A stretch of 64,000 nt of DNA, from NCBI GenBank assembly GCA_964575605.1, contig CAZNRN010000019.1, positions 7,317 through 71,316 on the forward strand, read 5' to 3'. This DNA comes from an uncultured Micavibrio sp. GTDB taxonomy: Bacteria; Pseudomonadota; Alphaproteobacteria; Micavibrionales; UBA2020. A model generated the notes under the pieces. It saw only the letters and a program-made list of their open reading frames with translations, was not told the origin of the DNA and did no database searches. Of the stretch, positions 44,375-53,929 are shown piece after piece (the first letter of the stretch is position 1; every line of letters starts with the position of its first letter). A program made the position numbers and the translations under genes.

Positions 44375-45790
44375 TTGGGGGCCTTGGCCGTGTGTTCGAG
44401 TCGCTTTGTTTTCATAGTATTGGCTTTACTGCTGTCGCTGGCGCCACAACTGGTGCTGGCGGCGAAATCCTATCCGCCCGCCTCGTCGCCCAAACCCACC
44501 ACGCTGGGGCAGCTGAATTACAAGAGCGGCCGCAGCTCATCGCCGCCTGTACCCTTCGCGATCGAGGCGGTGAGGTTCGGGACCCACGCAGGGCAATCGC
44601 GCATCGTCATCGATTTCAACCAGAAGGGGGATTACCGCGTTTTCCACCTCGACGGCCCCACGCGCCTTGTCGTCGACCTGCCCGCGGGCAGCTGGCATGC
44701 GCCGAAATCGGGGCTGCTGACCGGACGCCTTGTGAAGGGCTACCGCAGCGGCGCGCTTGATGACGGCCTGACGCGCATCATCTTCGACCTCGGGGCGCCC
44801 GCGCTGGTGTCGCAGGCCTTCATGCTGCCGAAAACCTCGTTCAACCTCGACCGCCTTGTCATCGACCTCAAGCCCTCGACGGCGAACCTTTTCCAGGCGC
44901 ACCTGACCGATGTATTCGGCAACGCGGCGCTGAGGGGTGCCGGCAAGGCAAGGCAGCCGCAATCCGAATTCGCGCGGCTGCAGGACAGGCTGGCGCGTGA
45001 ATCCGCGCCCGAAACAGAAATGCGCAGCGCCGCGCTTGTGCCGCCGCCCTTGCAGCCGCAGCAGGTACCGATGCGCAAATCCGGCACGTCCCGCAAATAC
45101 ACCATCGTTATCGACCCCGGCCATGGCGGCGAAGATCCTGGTGCGATCGGCGCCGGCGGCATACGCGAAAAAAACCTCACGCTGCAGGTCGCAAAAGAAC
45201 TGCAGCGCCAGCTGGAAGAAACCGGGCGTTATAAAGTGGTGCTGACGCGCAAGACCGATGTGTATATCCGCCTGCGCGAGCGCGTGGCTTTCTCCCGCCG
45301 CGCCAAGGGTGATTTGTTCGTGTCGATCCACGCCGATAAAATCGGGCGCAAGAATGTCAGGGGCGCATCCATCTACACGCTCTCGGAAAAGGCGTCAGAC
45401 AGCGAAACCGCGCGCCTTGCCGAGCAAGAAAACAATTCCGGCGTTGTGGCCGGCGTCGACCTTGCGGCCGAAAGCCAGGACGTCGCCGACATCCTTCTCG
45501 ACCTTGCGATGCGCGAGAAAATGAACGAATCAAAACTGCTCGGCAAATACGTCGAGGAAGCCTTTATCAATAATAGCGTAAGACTGTTGCCAAATTCCCA
45601 CAGGGCTGCGGGCTTCGCTGTTTTGAAGGCGCCGGATGTGCCCTCGGTGCTGATCGAGACAGGCTTTTTATCCAATGCTGACGAGGCTAAACTGCTTACC
45701 TCGCCGCAATTCCAGCGTAAAATCGCAGGCGCGATTGTGGGCGGCATAGACGCCTATTTTCGAAAAATCCACTCCCTCCAGAAGCTCTGA
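44375..45790 (+). CDS. amiC: N-acetylmuramoyl-L-alanine amidase with N-terminal AMIN domain (AmiC type)
   Basis: Signal peptide, AMIN-like VRFGTHAGQSRIVIDFNQKGDYRVFHLDGPTRLVVDL, and Amidase_3 blocks VIDPGHGGEDPGAIG and FVSIHAD. Confidence 0.8.
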   Translation: MGALAVCSSRFVFIVLALLLSLAPQLVLAAKSYPPASSPKPTTLGQLNYKSGRSSSPPVPFAIEAVRFGTHAGQSRIVIDFNQKGDYRVFHLDGPTRLVVDLPAGSWHAPKSGLLTGRLVKGYRSGALDDGLTRIIFDLGAPALVSQAFMLPKTSFNLDRLVIDLKPSTANLFQAHLTDVFGNAALRGAGKARQPQSEFARLQDRLARESAPETEMRSAALVPPPLQPQQVPMRKSGTSRKYTIVIDPGHGGEDPGAIGAGGIREKNLTLQVAKELQRQLEETGRYKVVLTRKTDVYIRLRERVAFSRRAKGDLFVSIHADKIGRKNVRGASIYTLSEKASDSETARLAEQENNSGVVAGVDLAAESQDVADILLDLAMREKMNESKLLGKYVEEAFINNSVRLLPNSHRAAGFAVLKAPDVPSVLIETGFLSNADEAKLLTSPQFQRKIAGAIVGGIDAYFRKIHSLQKL

Positions 45791-45931
45791 TAAGGGTCCC
45801 TTAACCCTTGCAAGGTAACATCCGAATCCGGTAAGTCTCTGGACTTGCTACAGTATCTGTAGTAAAAAATACCTGTTACAACGTTGTACAACTGCTCTCT
45901 CTCAGGGGGCAAACCAATAGAGGAAAAAACT

Positions 45932-46096
45932 ATGAAACGCTCTCTCACCGTTCTTTCGATGTTCGCTCTGCTCGTCGTCGCAGCTTGCCAAAACAACGGC
46001 ACCTGGACCCCGATGTCTTCGGGCCGCACTGCAGGCGAAGGCCAAGTCGTCGAACAAAAAGCCGATACCGCCGTCCGCCACTCGCTGACGAAGTAA
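45932..46096 (+). CDS. small lipoprotein (54 aa)
   Basis: ATG 45932 behind agaggaaaaaac. MKRSLTVLSMFALLVVAAC|QNNG has a lipobox. The track ORF starts earlier, at 45884. Confidence 0.55.
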   Translation: MKRSLTVLSMFALLVVAACQNNGTWTPMSSGRTAGEGQVVEQKADTAVRHSLTK

Positions 46097-46124
46097 TCGC
46101 TTTATCCCGCAAGGGATACAACAG

Positions 46125-46156
46125 CCGCGCCAGGTGTTTCACCGGCGCGGTTTTTG
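46125..46156 (+). terminator. rho-independent terminator after the small lipoprotein gene
   Basis: ccgcgcc(a)ggt ... accggcgcgg followed by tttttg (46151-46156). Confidence 0.6.
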
Positions 46157-46245
46157 TTTGTCCGTTTTTTAAAAGCTTTAATCGGCCGTGCGTTGTGCCT
46201 GTCTCCCCTCTCCCAAAGGGTGAGGGCAGAAACAGGTGTTCCCTT

Positions 46246-47442
46246 TTAATTGTAAGACTGGTTGTGCGGGCGTTCCTGCGCCGATGATTTCGCACCCGAC
46301 CCGCGCGTCGCGATCAGCACGGGATAGCCGCGGCGGTCGCGTACCGCGCGCTCGGCGGTCGACCAGTCGATGCGGCCGGAAAATTCGCCCGCGGCCTCGG
46401 CGATCGTCTTGCGCAGGCCTTCCGACATCGGCTTCGGCGACACGACGCCGTCGATCTCGATATTGTTGCTCTGCAGTTTCGAGGGGTTCGCCTCGAGGTA
46501 AAGGCCGTCGCCGACCCAGGCCACCAGTACGGGCTGGTCGACTACGGTTACTTTGGTTCCGGGGCCTGCCATGCCGAACAGCTGCACGATGTCCTCGGGA
46601 TACAGGCGCATGCAGCCTGAACTGACGCGGCGTCCGATGCCCCAGGGCTTGTTCGAGCCGTGTATTAAAAATTCCGGCCAGCCAAGGTACATGGCATGGG
46701 TGCCCAAGGGGTTGGCGGCGCCCGGCGAAATGGCCGACGGCAGCCATGGTTTGTCTTTCCTCATGCGGGGCGTCGGGTACCAGGTCGGCCCCGCCACCTT
46801 GCGCACGATGTGTGTTTCGCCGATCGGCGTCTCGAGGCCTTCGCGGCCGATGCCGATTGCGTAGGAAATCGGCGCGCGGCCGGGCACGAAATAATACATG
46901 CGCATCTTGCCAAGGTTGACGACGATGCCGTCCTGCCTGGCGCGTGGCAATAGGTTGAACGAGGGGATGACCAGCGTGTCGCCCGGCAGCGGCGCCCAGG
47001 GGTCGACGCCGGGGTTGGCGGCGCGCAGCTCGACATAGCCAAGCCCGAAATGGCGCGCGATATCGGCGAAAGTGTCTTCTTCGCCAACCGTATAGGTGCC
47101 CAGCTCGCCGATGGCCGTGCGCGAATTCACGGGATAGGGCGGCAGCGGCACGTTCTCGTCGATGTCTTTCAGCGGCAGGGGGCCTTCGTCGGTCGCGGCC
47201 TCGGCGGCGCCGCGCTTTAGCGGGCGCGGCAGGCTGGCGCCAGAAGCATTAGTGCTGTTGGACGCAGGCTCCACCTTGCGCGTGATGGTGGTTTTCTTCT
47301 TCACCTGCTTGGCGACAACCGGTTTTTTCGACGGCTTGCCCATGATGCTGCCCGGCGCGGAATCGGCGGGGGAGGCCGCTGCGAGCATCAAGCCCGTCAC
47401 GGCGGCGATTATTATGGAAGATAGGCTTTTTTGTGCAGACAT
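46246..47442 (-). CDS. L,D-transpeptidase (YkuD) with LysM domain
   Basis: LysM-like YTVGEEDTFADIARHFGLGYVELRAANPG, and the catalytic HGSNKPWGIGRRVSSGCMRL. Confidence 0.85.
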   Translation of the reverse strand: MSAQKSLSSIIIAAVTGLMLAAASPADSAPGSIMGKPSKKPVVAKQVKKKTTITRKVEPASNSTNASGASLPRPLKRGAAEAATDEGPLPLKDIDENVPLPPYPVNSRTAIGELGTYTVGEEDTFADIARHFGLGYVELRAANPGVDPWAPLPGDTLVIPSFNLLPRARQDGIVVNLGKMRMYYFVPGRAPISYAIGIGREGLETPIGETHIVRKVAGPTWYPTPRMRKDKPWLPSAISPGAANPLGTHAMYLGWPEFLIHGSNKPWGIGRRVSSGCMRLYPEDIVQLFGMAGPGTKVTVVDQPVLVAWVGDGLYLEANPSKLQSNNIEIDGVVSPKPMSEGLRKTIAEAAGEFSGRIDWSTAERAVRDRRGYPVLIATRGSGAKSSAQERPHNQSYN

Positions 47443-47533
47443 CCGAAGTCCCTTTTGCCCTCAATATAGATGATATATTCTCTAAAAACAGTATTTTTAA
47501 GGCCTTTCCCGTGCGAAGGGGCGCAAAAACCAT

Positions 47534-48142
47534 ATGGTCCTGCAGCTTTTCAAGAGTGACAGCCTCGTCGACCCGCAATGCATCACGGGCGAGCGCATTT
47601 ATATCCGTCCGCCGCAACGTGCCGACTGGAAACAATGGGTCGAGGTGCGCAGCCGTAACTACGGTTTCCTGAAACCCTGGAGCCCGCAGGCGACGCTCAC
47701 CAACATCACGCGTGACGGCTATTTCCAGCGCCTTGCCACCTACCAGTCCGACTGGCGTGACGACCATGCCTATGTCTTCTTCGTCTTCCGCTATGACACC
47801 GACCAGCTGATCGGCAGCGTTGCCGTCAACAACATCGTGCGCGGCGCGGGGCAGATGGCCACCATCGGCTACTGGATGGACGAGCGCGAAACCAAGCAGG
47901 GCTTCATGACCGAAGCCTTGTTATTGGCCTGCCAGTTCTCCTTCCGCGCGCTGAAACTCCACCGTTTGCAGGCCGGTACGCTGCCCGAGAACGAGGCCAG
48001 CCAGAAAGTCTTGAAAAACTGCGGCTTCCAGCCCGAGGGCATGGCGCGCAAGTACATCAAGATTGCAGGCGAATGGCGCGACCACCAGATTTTCTCGCTG
48101 CTGCGGGAGGAATTTATTTCACTGGCCGAACCGGTCGCCTAG
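47534..48142 (+). CDS. GNAT N-acetyltransferase, RimJ/RimL-like
   Basis: Acetyltransf_3-like layout (IYIRPPQRADW...GYWMDERETKQGFMTEA...LHRLQAGTLPENEASQKVLKNCGFQPEG). Confidence 0.7.
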   Translation: MVLQLFKSDSLVDPQCITGERIYIRPPQRADWKQWVEVRSRNYGFLKPWSPQATLTNITRDGYFQRLATYQSDWRDDHAYVFFVFRYDTDQLIGSVAVNNIVRGAGQMATIGYWMDERETKQGFMTEALLLACQFSFRALKLHRLQAGTLPENEASQKVLKNCGFQPEGMARKYIKIAGEWRDHQIFSLLREEFISLAEPVA

Positions 48143-48756
48143 GCGTGGCCGATATCGGCTGACAGGATGGCGGGATCGATGCCGATGCGCGCCAGCGCCA
48201 TATCCCACTTCTTCGCAATCTCGGTGCCGAACAGCAAATCATCGTCGGGCGGGCAGGTGAGCCATGAATTGGCCTGCATCTCGGCCTCCAGCTGCCCCGC
48301 GCCCCAGCCCGCATAGCCAAGGGCGAAGATGCTGCGCGCCGGGCCTTTGCCCTCTGCAATCGCCTTCAGGATATCGACGGTGCCGGTGACGCAGAGCTGG
48401 TCGTTGATGCGCACGGTATCCTCGCGCATGAAATCGGTCGAATGCAGCACGAAACCGCGCCCTGTTTCGACGGGTCCGCCGAAGTGGACGACAGGTTCCA
48501 CCACCAGCTGCGATTTCGGCAGGTGCAGCTGGCTGAGCAAATCACGGAACTGCACGTCGGGCAGCCGCTGGTTGACGACGATGCCCATCGCGCCCGCGGA
48601 ACTATGCGCGCACATATAGACGACGCTCTTGGTAAAGAAGCCGTCATGCAGCGACGGCATGGCGATCAGCAGCCGGTTGCGGAACGGGCTGTCCTCGTCC
48701 TTCATCAGCAAGGGATCCATTTTCTGCGGGACGTCGGGTGTCTTGCGTGTTGCCAT
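48139..48756 (-). CDS. YqgE/AlgH family protein (UPF0301)
   Basis: LLIAMPSLHDGFFTKSVVYMCAHSSAGAMGIVVNQ...GGPV...LGYAGWGAGQLEAEM. Confidence 0.85.
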   Translation of the reverse strand: MATRKTPDVPQKMDPLLMKDEDSPFRNRLLIAMPSLHDGFFTKSVVYMCAHSSAGAMGIVVNQRLPDVQFRDLLSQLHLPKSQLVVEPVVHFGGPVETGRGFVLHSTDFMREDTVRINDQLCVTGTVDILKAIAEGKGPARSIFALGYAGWGAGQLEAEMQANSWLTCPPDDDLLFGTEIAKKWDMALARIGIDPAILSADIGHA

Positions 48757-48842
48757 TATTTCATATTAGCAAAAAAGGCTTAACAGAGCGGTAAGTGGCC
48801 GAAGGCACTGTAATTACGGGGTAATCCCGCGTCAATCCGGCA

Positions 48843-49784
48843 TCAGGGCGCTGGCGGCTTTTTCAGTCGGATGGGCTTTATTTTCATGTGGTTTGCAGCC
48901 CCTTCATAGACCTTCCCGACCTCCGCCGTAACGCGCTTTTCATAGGCCGCCTCGAATAACGGCACGATAGCGGGGTTGTTGGCGGCGATGGCGGCTTCGT
49001 AATTCGTCAGTCCCGCCAGGTTTTCGCGCAGGATATCCGCGCCGCCTTCGATCAGCGCGCCGACAGCTTTCGGCGACGGGTCGCGTTCCATGCAAAGCGC
49101 GTTCAGCGGCGTTTCGCCGTAATTATTCACCGCGTCGACATTCGCGCCCAGTTCAAGCAGCTTCTTGATGGTGGCAGCGGGGTCTTTCATGTCTTTCGCG
49201 GATTTCGCGACAAGGTGGACGGCCGTGTCGCCGTGGTGGTCGGGGCTGTCGACGTCAACGCCTTCTTTCGCCGAGATGACTTCCAGCACGTTCACATTGC
49301 CGCGCCGCGCCGCGTCGCGGAAAGTCTTGCCCAGCGTTTCCAGGCCATATCCTTCCAGCAGGGCATGGATCGTTTCGTACTCGTTTACCGGCGCTTTTTC
49401 GGCGAGGTCGAACACCGTGCCGCTGTCGAAACCCATGCTGCGGTCGGCGCCGTTTTTCACCAGCATCTTCACCATCTTGTCATGGCCGTGGCGCGCAGCG
49501 ACGTGCAGGGCGGTGCGGCCGTCGGGGCCGATCATGTTGACGGTCGCGCCGCGCTTGATCAAAAGTTCTGCCGCGTCGATGCGGTTGTCCTTCACGGCGG
49601 CGCATAAAATCGATTCCTGACCCGACCAGCCGTCGCGCCTGCAGGTGCCGTCAACGCCGGCACCCTTGTCGAGCAGCTCTTCCATCGCCCGCAAATCGCC
49701 CTGCGTCGTGGCGCGGAACAGCGCCACGTTGAGGTCGGCGAAGTTCTTGATGCGTTTCTGGTATTCGTTGTAGTCGTCGGCCAT
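48843..49784 (-). CDS. ankyrin-repeat protein (A6)
   Basis: GPDGRTALHVAARHGHDKMVKMLVKNGAD..., DHHGDTAVHLVAK..., NNYGETPLNALC. Start at ATG 49784 (MADDYNEY) behind AAGGA; the track ORF extends to 49817. Confidence 0.8.
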   Translation of the reverse strand: MADDYNEYQKRIKNFADLNVALFRATTQGDLRAMEELLDKGAGVDGTCRRDGWSGQESILCAAVKDNRIDAAELLIKRGATVNMIGPDGRTALHVAARHGHDKMVKMLVKNGADRSMGFDSGTVFDLAEKAPVNEYETIHALLEGYGLETLGKTFRDAARRGNVNVLEVISAKEGVDVDSPDHHGDTAVHLVAKSAKDMKDPAATIKKLLELGANVDAVNNYGETPLNALCMERDPSPKAVGALIEGGADILRENLAGLTNYEAAIAANNPAIVPLFEAAYEKRVTAEVGKVYEGAANHMKIKPIRLKKPPAP

Positions 49785-49871
49785 GGTTTGTCCTTTTGTG
49801 CCCCGATTCCAGGGCAAAAACAGCCTACTACAGCTTTATGGCAAAAACAAACCCGCGGGAAGGGAATCTAT

Positions 49872-49901
49872 TTGACATAATATGGCAAATTGGGGTATCC
49901 T
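49872..49901 (+). promoter_or_regulatory. sigma70-like promoter candidate for 49922..50458
   Basis: TTGACA (49872-49877), an 18-nt spacer, then TATCCT (49896-49901). Confidence 0.35.
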
Positions 49902-49921
49902 GACCCACTTTTCAACGTGAG

Positions 49922-50458
49922 ATGACAGAGATGATGCTGCCCAAAAAACCCGAAAAGATGACCGACGAGGAGCTGGAGAAGGGCCTGAAACAGGCTGACC
50001 GCAACCAGCAGGTCCTGCATAAATACCATTCCAAGGCGGCGGGCCCCGTGGCCTGCGGCCTTATCGCCGCGGCCTGGTGGGTGGGCAAGGCGGCTTTTGC
50101 TTCGGGCAACCTTTACCTGATGCTGGGCGGCATGGTGGGGGCGGCGGCTATTCCTGCGGTCGGCGCGATTGTCTATGCCATCGGCTGGACGCGCATCTGC
50201 AACGGCTTGTTCGGCAAGTGGAACAAGGACAAGGAAAAGATCGGCAAGGAGCAAAAGAAACGCGCCTTCGAAAAAACGCCCGAGTTCATCGAGGCCGCGA
50301 TAAAATTGAAGAACGACGTCAAGCGCGCCATCAGCGACGCTTTCGAGCGCGCGGTGCACGGCGGCACATCCAAAGACATGAAGGTGAAAAAGCCTCTCCA
50401 GCTCAAAAACACCACGGCCGCGCCGCCGAAGAAAAAACCGCTCTTCAAGTTCAAGTAA
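49922..50458 (+). CDS. hypothetical two-TM membrane protein with Lys-rich C-terminal region carrying the shared tail motif twice
   Basis: Two hydrophobic helices (VACGLIAAAWWVG; LMLGGMVGAAAIPAVGAIVYAIGW), then a Lys/Glu-rich segment ending DMKVKKPLQLKNTTAAPPKKKPLFKFK. Confidence 0.6.
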   Translation: MTEMMLPKKPEKMTDEELEKGLKQADRNQQVLHKYHSKAAGPVACGLIAAAWWVGKAAFASGNLYLMLGGMVGAAAIPAVGAIVYAIGWTRICNGLFGKWNKDKEKIGKEQKKRAFEKTPEFIEAAIKLKNDVKRAISDAFERAVHGGTSKDMKVKKPLQLKNTTAAPPKKKPLFKFK

Positions 50459-51442
50459 TCAGTTTTTGTTTTTCTTCTGCACGTCGCGCCATTTGCCGAC
50501 GTTGCGGTCGTGCTCGGCCAGCGTCTTTGCAAAGGCATGGCCGCCCGTGCCGTCGGCGACGAAATAGATGTATTCATGCGCCTCGGGGTTCATCACCGCC
50601 TCCAGCGACGCGCGGCCGGGGTTGGCGATGGGCGTCGGCGGCAGGCCTTTGGTGACATAGGTGTTATAGGGCGAAGGCGTGTTGAGGTCGGTGCGCAGCA
50701 GCGGGCGGTCCAGCTTCTCGCGCCCCCCCGTAATCGCGTAAATCACCGTCGGGTCCGATTGCAGCGGCATATCGATTTTCAGGCGGTTGTAAAACACGCC
50801 AGCCACCTTCGCGCGCTCTGCCGCGATGCCGGTTTCTTTTTCGACGATGGAGGCCAGCACCACCGCTTCCTCCGGCGATTTCAGGATATTGCCCTCGGCG
50901 CGCTTCGACCATGTCTCGGCGAGCGTGTCCTGCATTTCCTTCTTCATGCGCTCCAGCAGCGTCTCGCGCTTTTCGTGGAAGGTATAGTTATAGGTTTCGG
51001 GCAGCAGCGAACCGTCGGGCGGCGTCGCGGTAACCGTGCCCTCCATCGCCTCGGCGGCGTTCAGCAGCGCGACGATTTCCGTCGAGGTCAGGCCCTCGGG
51101 GATGGTTAATTGACGTTGATATACCTTGCCCGATTGCAGCGTCTCGATCACTTCCTCGGTGCTGGCGTGTTCCTTGATTTCGTATTCGCCGGCACGCAGG
51201 GGGCCCTTGCCCTTCATCAGGAAGGCGCCCGCGCGGAAGATGTTTTCGTCGTCAATCGCGCCTGCTTCTTTCAGCACGCCGGCGATTTTCTTGCCGGAGG
51301 AGCCGGGCTCGATATAAATCAGCGTGGTCTGTTGCAGCGGCCCCGGTGCCGGCAGCACGGCCTGCATGTACAGCCAGCCCGCCGCCGCGGCGCAACCGCC
51401 CAGCAGCAGCATAAAGGCGACGAATGCGATAAAACCCTTCAA
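50459..51442 (-). CDS. mltG: endolytic murein transglycosylase MltG (YceG family)
   Basis: LTIPEGLTSTEI..., ASIVEKETG, YNRLKIDMPLQSDPTVIY, SPYNTYVTKGLPPTPIANPG. Confidence 0.85.
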   Translation of the reverse strand: MKGFIAFVAFMLLLGGCAAAAGWLYMQAVLPAPGPLQQTTLIYIEPGSSGKKIAGVLKEAGAIDDENIFRAGAFLMKGKGPLRAGEYEIKEHASTEEVIETLQSGKVYQRQLTIPEGLTSTEIVALLNAAEAMEGTVTATPPDGSLLPETYNYTFHEKRETLLERMKKEMQDTLAETWSKRAEGNILKSPEEAVVLASIVEKETGIAAERAKVAGVFYNRLKIDMPLQSDPTVIYAITGGREKLDRPLLRTDLNTPSPYNTYVTKGLPPTPIANPGRASLEAVMNPEAHEYIYFVADGTGGHAFAKTLAEHDRNVGKWRDVQKKNKN

Positions 51443-52714
51443 TCAAACCTTCCGGAAGACGAGCGAGGCATTGGTGCCGCCAAAGCCGAAGGAATTGGAG
51501 AGCGCGATGTTCACGTTCTTCTGCTTCGCCGTATGCGGCACAAGGTCGACGCCCGCCGCGACATCCGAGGGGTTGTCGAGGTTCAGGGTCGGGGGCAGGG
51601 TGCCCGTCTTGATTGCCATCAGCGTGAAAATCGCCTCGACCGCGCCGGCTGCGCCCAGCAGGTGGCCGATCGCCGATTTGGTCGACGAGATGCTGACCGT
51701 TTTAATCGCGTCGCCGAACAGGCGCTTGGTCGCGCCCAGTTCGATATCGTCGCCGAGCGGCGTGGAGGTGCCGTGCGCGTTGATGTAATCGACCTGGTCG
51801 GGGTTGACCTGCGCGCGTTTCAGTGCGGCCTTCATGGCGCGGAAACCCCCGTCGCCGTCTTCGGCGGGGCTGGTCACGTGATAGGCATCACCCGAAAGCC
51901 CGTAGCCGATGACTTCGCCGTAAATCTTCGCGCCGCGTTTCTTCGCGTGCTCGTATTCCTCTAGCACCACGACGCCTGCGCCTTCGGCAATAACAAATCC
52001 GTCACGTCCCTTGTCGAAGGGGCGCGATGCTTTTTCAGGCGTTTCGTTGTAAGAGGTTGACAGCGCGCGGCAGGCGGCAAAACCGCCCACGCCGACGCGG
52101 CAGATGGCGGCTTCCGATCCGCCCGCGACCATCACGTCTGCGTCATCAAAGGCAATCAGGCGCGCGGCGTCGCCAATCGCATGGCTGCCCGTCGCGCAGG
52201 CCGTGACCACAGCGTGGTTGGGGCCTTTGAAGCCGTAACGGATGGAAACCTGCCCCGAGGTCAGGTTGATCAGCGACGACGGGATAAAGAACGGCGAGAT
52301 GCGGCGCGGCCCCTTTTCCTGCATCATGATGGAAGTATCTTGAATGTTGGTGAGGCCGCCGATGCCAGATCCGATCAGCACGCCGGTGCGGCAGCGGTCT
52401 TCCTCGCCTTCGGGTTTCCAGCCGCTGTCTTCCACCGCGTCGACCGCGGCGGCATAGCCGTACTGGATGAACAGGTCCATTTTCTTCTGTTCTTTGTGCT
52501 CGATATACTTGCCGATATCGAGCGTGCCGGGGGAATTGTCGTTTTCCGTCTTCAGGGGCACTTCGCCGGCGACTTGGCTCGGAAGGTCCGAGGCGTCGAA
52601 TGATTTGATTTTGCGCAGGCCCGATTTGGCCGCCGTCAGCTGCTGCCAGTTATGGTCCAGACCCAGGCCCAGCGGGCTCACAATGCCCATGCCGGTGACG
52701 ACAACACGCCTCAT
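51443..52714 (-). CDS. fabF: beta-ketoacyl-ACP synthase II
   Basis: VVVTGMGIVSPLG, active-site ACATGSHAIG, HGTSTPLGD, NSFGFGGTNASL. Confidence 0.95.
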   Translation of the reverse strand: MRRVVVTGMGIVSPLGLGLDHNWQQLTAAKSGLRKIKSFDASDLPSQVAGEVPLKTENDNSPGTLDIGKYIEHKEQKKMDLFIQYGYAAAVDAVEDSGWKPEGEEDRCRTGVLIGSGIGGLTNIQDTSIMMQEKGPRRISPFFIPSSLINLTSGQVSIRYGFKGPNHAVVTACATGSHAIGDAARLIAFDDADVMVAGGSEAAICRVGVGGFAACRALSTSYNETPEKASRPFDKGRDGFVIAEGAGVVVLEEYEHAKKRGAKIYGEVIGYGLSGDAYHVTSPAEDGDGGFRAMKAALKRAQVNPDQVDYINAHGTSTPLGDDIELGATKRLFGDAIKTVSISSTKSAIGHLLGAAGAVEAIFTLMAIKTGTLPPTLNLDNPSDVAAGVDLVPHTAKQKNVNIALSNSFGFGGTNASLVFRKV

Positions 52715-52754
52715 ACCAGTATTCCCTGTTAATGCACACGAATAGGTAGGGGTT

Positions 52755-52798
52755 AGAAAAATGGCCCCGATCCGTTTGAAACAGAACCGGGGCCATTT
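52755..52798 (-). terminator. hairpin terminator/attenuator between acpP and fabF
   Basis: aaatggccccg (52759-52769) pairs with cggggccattt (52788-52798). On the minus strand the stem runs into a T5 run. Confidence 0.55.
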
Positions 52799-52819
52799 AA
52801 ATTGGTATCAAGCGCGCAG

Positions 52820-53062
52820 TTAAGCGGCTTTCGCGTTCTGCTGGATGAAGGAGATCGCGTCTTTCACGGTCTGGATTTTTTCAGCCGCGTCATCGGGAAT
52901 CTCGATGCCGAATTCTTCTTCGAATGCCATGACCAGTTCGACCGTGTCGAGGCTGTCAGCGCCCAGATCGTCGATGAAGCTTGCGTTGTCGGTGACTTTC
53001 TCGCCGTCCACGCCCAGGTGCTCGACCACGATTTTCTTCACGCGCTCGTTGATGTTGCTCAT
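52820..53062 (-). CDS. acpP: acyl carrier protein
   Basis: [18 protein letters not shown]...[29 protein letters not shown] 53062 behind GAGGGAA; the track uses an upstream TTG. Confidence 0.95.
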   Translation of the reverse strand: MSNINERVKKIVVEHLGVDGEKVTDNASFIDDLGADSLDTVELVMAFEEEFGIEIPDDAAEKIQTVKDAISFIQQNAKAA

Positions 53063-53283
53063 ATCCAATTCCCTCGTCGGTTACGTTAAAACTTGATCAC
53101 ATACTTTAAGTGTGAAGGTGTAAATATCACACAATTGCTGCTTTGCAAACAGGGCAAAACAGGCGTTTTCATAGTATGAAATGGCGGCAGAGTCCAAGCT
53201 TTTCAAGCGGGCAGGGGCATCAAACCGCACCCCTGTTCAAGAAAAGCCAGATTTTTCAATACTGTACATAAATGCGGCTTTGC

Positions 53284-53312
53284 TTGACAGGCGGGGGTAG
53301 GGCGCATATTTA
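53284..53312 (+). promoter_or_regulatory. sigma70-like promoter candidate for 53342..53929
   Basis: TTGACA (53284-53289), a 17-nt spacer, then TATTTA (53307-53312). Confidence 0.3.
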
Positions 53313-53341
53313 TACGTAAATTTCATCGAAGGGATAAAAAC

Positions 53342-53929
53342 ATGCGCAAGATATGGCTGACGCCTGCCTTTACGCTGGCCGCTTTTTTCGGCTCTGCTGC
53401 CCAGGCGCAGGTAACGCCTGCGCCCTCGACTATAGTTTCTCAGGAACCGCTCCCGGATGCTCCCTCCGCAAAAACCCAAACTTCCCCCATACAGATATCG
53501 CCGCAGTGGCAGGTAAAGCCGGATTACAAACTCGACCTTTCCACCAAATTCGAAAAACCTGCGGAAGACGGCCTGGCCACCTATCGCCTGCCCGCCATGC
53601 CGCCCGAATTCGCCGATAAACCCTCGGGCTTCGTCGGCCGGGCGGTCGAATTTTTTGACCAGCACAGCGTGAAGGGCGATTCCATGTTCGACACCGCTCT
53701 GGAAAAAGACATCGGCGGCGGCTTCTCGATCGCCGGCGGCAGCATCGATATGCGCAATAACACCGGCCACAACGGCGCCATACGCCAGACCGTCCGCGCC
53801 ATGACCGGCCTGCCCGACAGCGAAACACGCGACCTGCGCCACGCGCTTTCAGGGGGCGGTAACATGCCGCAGCCTAAAGGCGGCGACGGCGTCGCGGTCG
53901 CGCTGCGCTTTCGCATCGGCCTTAAATAA
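53342..53929 (+). CDS. hypothetical secreted protein
   Basis: Signal peptide MRKIWLTPAFTLAAFFGSAAQA|Q. No recognised domain. Confidence 0.55.
   Translation: MRKIWLTPAFTLAAFFGSAAQAQVTPAPSTIVSQEPLPDAPSAKTQTSPIQISPQWQVKPDYKLDLSTKFEKPAEDGLATYRLPAMPPEFADKPSGFVGRAVEFFDQHSVKGDSMFDTALEKDIGGGFSIAGGSIDMRNNTGHNGAIRQTVRAMTGLPDSETRDLRHALSGGGNMPQPKGGDGVAVALRFRIGLK

Noticed and set aside
44236-44760. 174-aa + ORF spanning the rne leader and the amidase 5' end
   Set aside because: Out of frame with the amidase gene, which has a clear signal peptide and AMIN domain. Composition is non-coding-like in its 5' part.
53110-53132. 6-bp inverted repeat gtgtga-N11-tcacac upstream of acpP as a possible fatty-acid regulator operator
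   Set aside because: The arms are too short and there is only one occurrence. Nothing distinguishes it from chance without comparative data.
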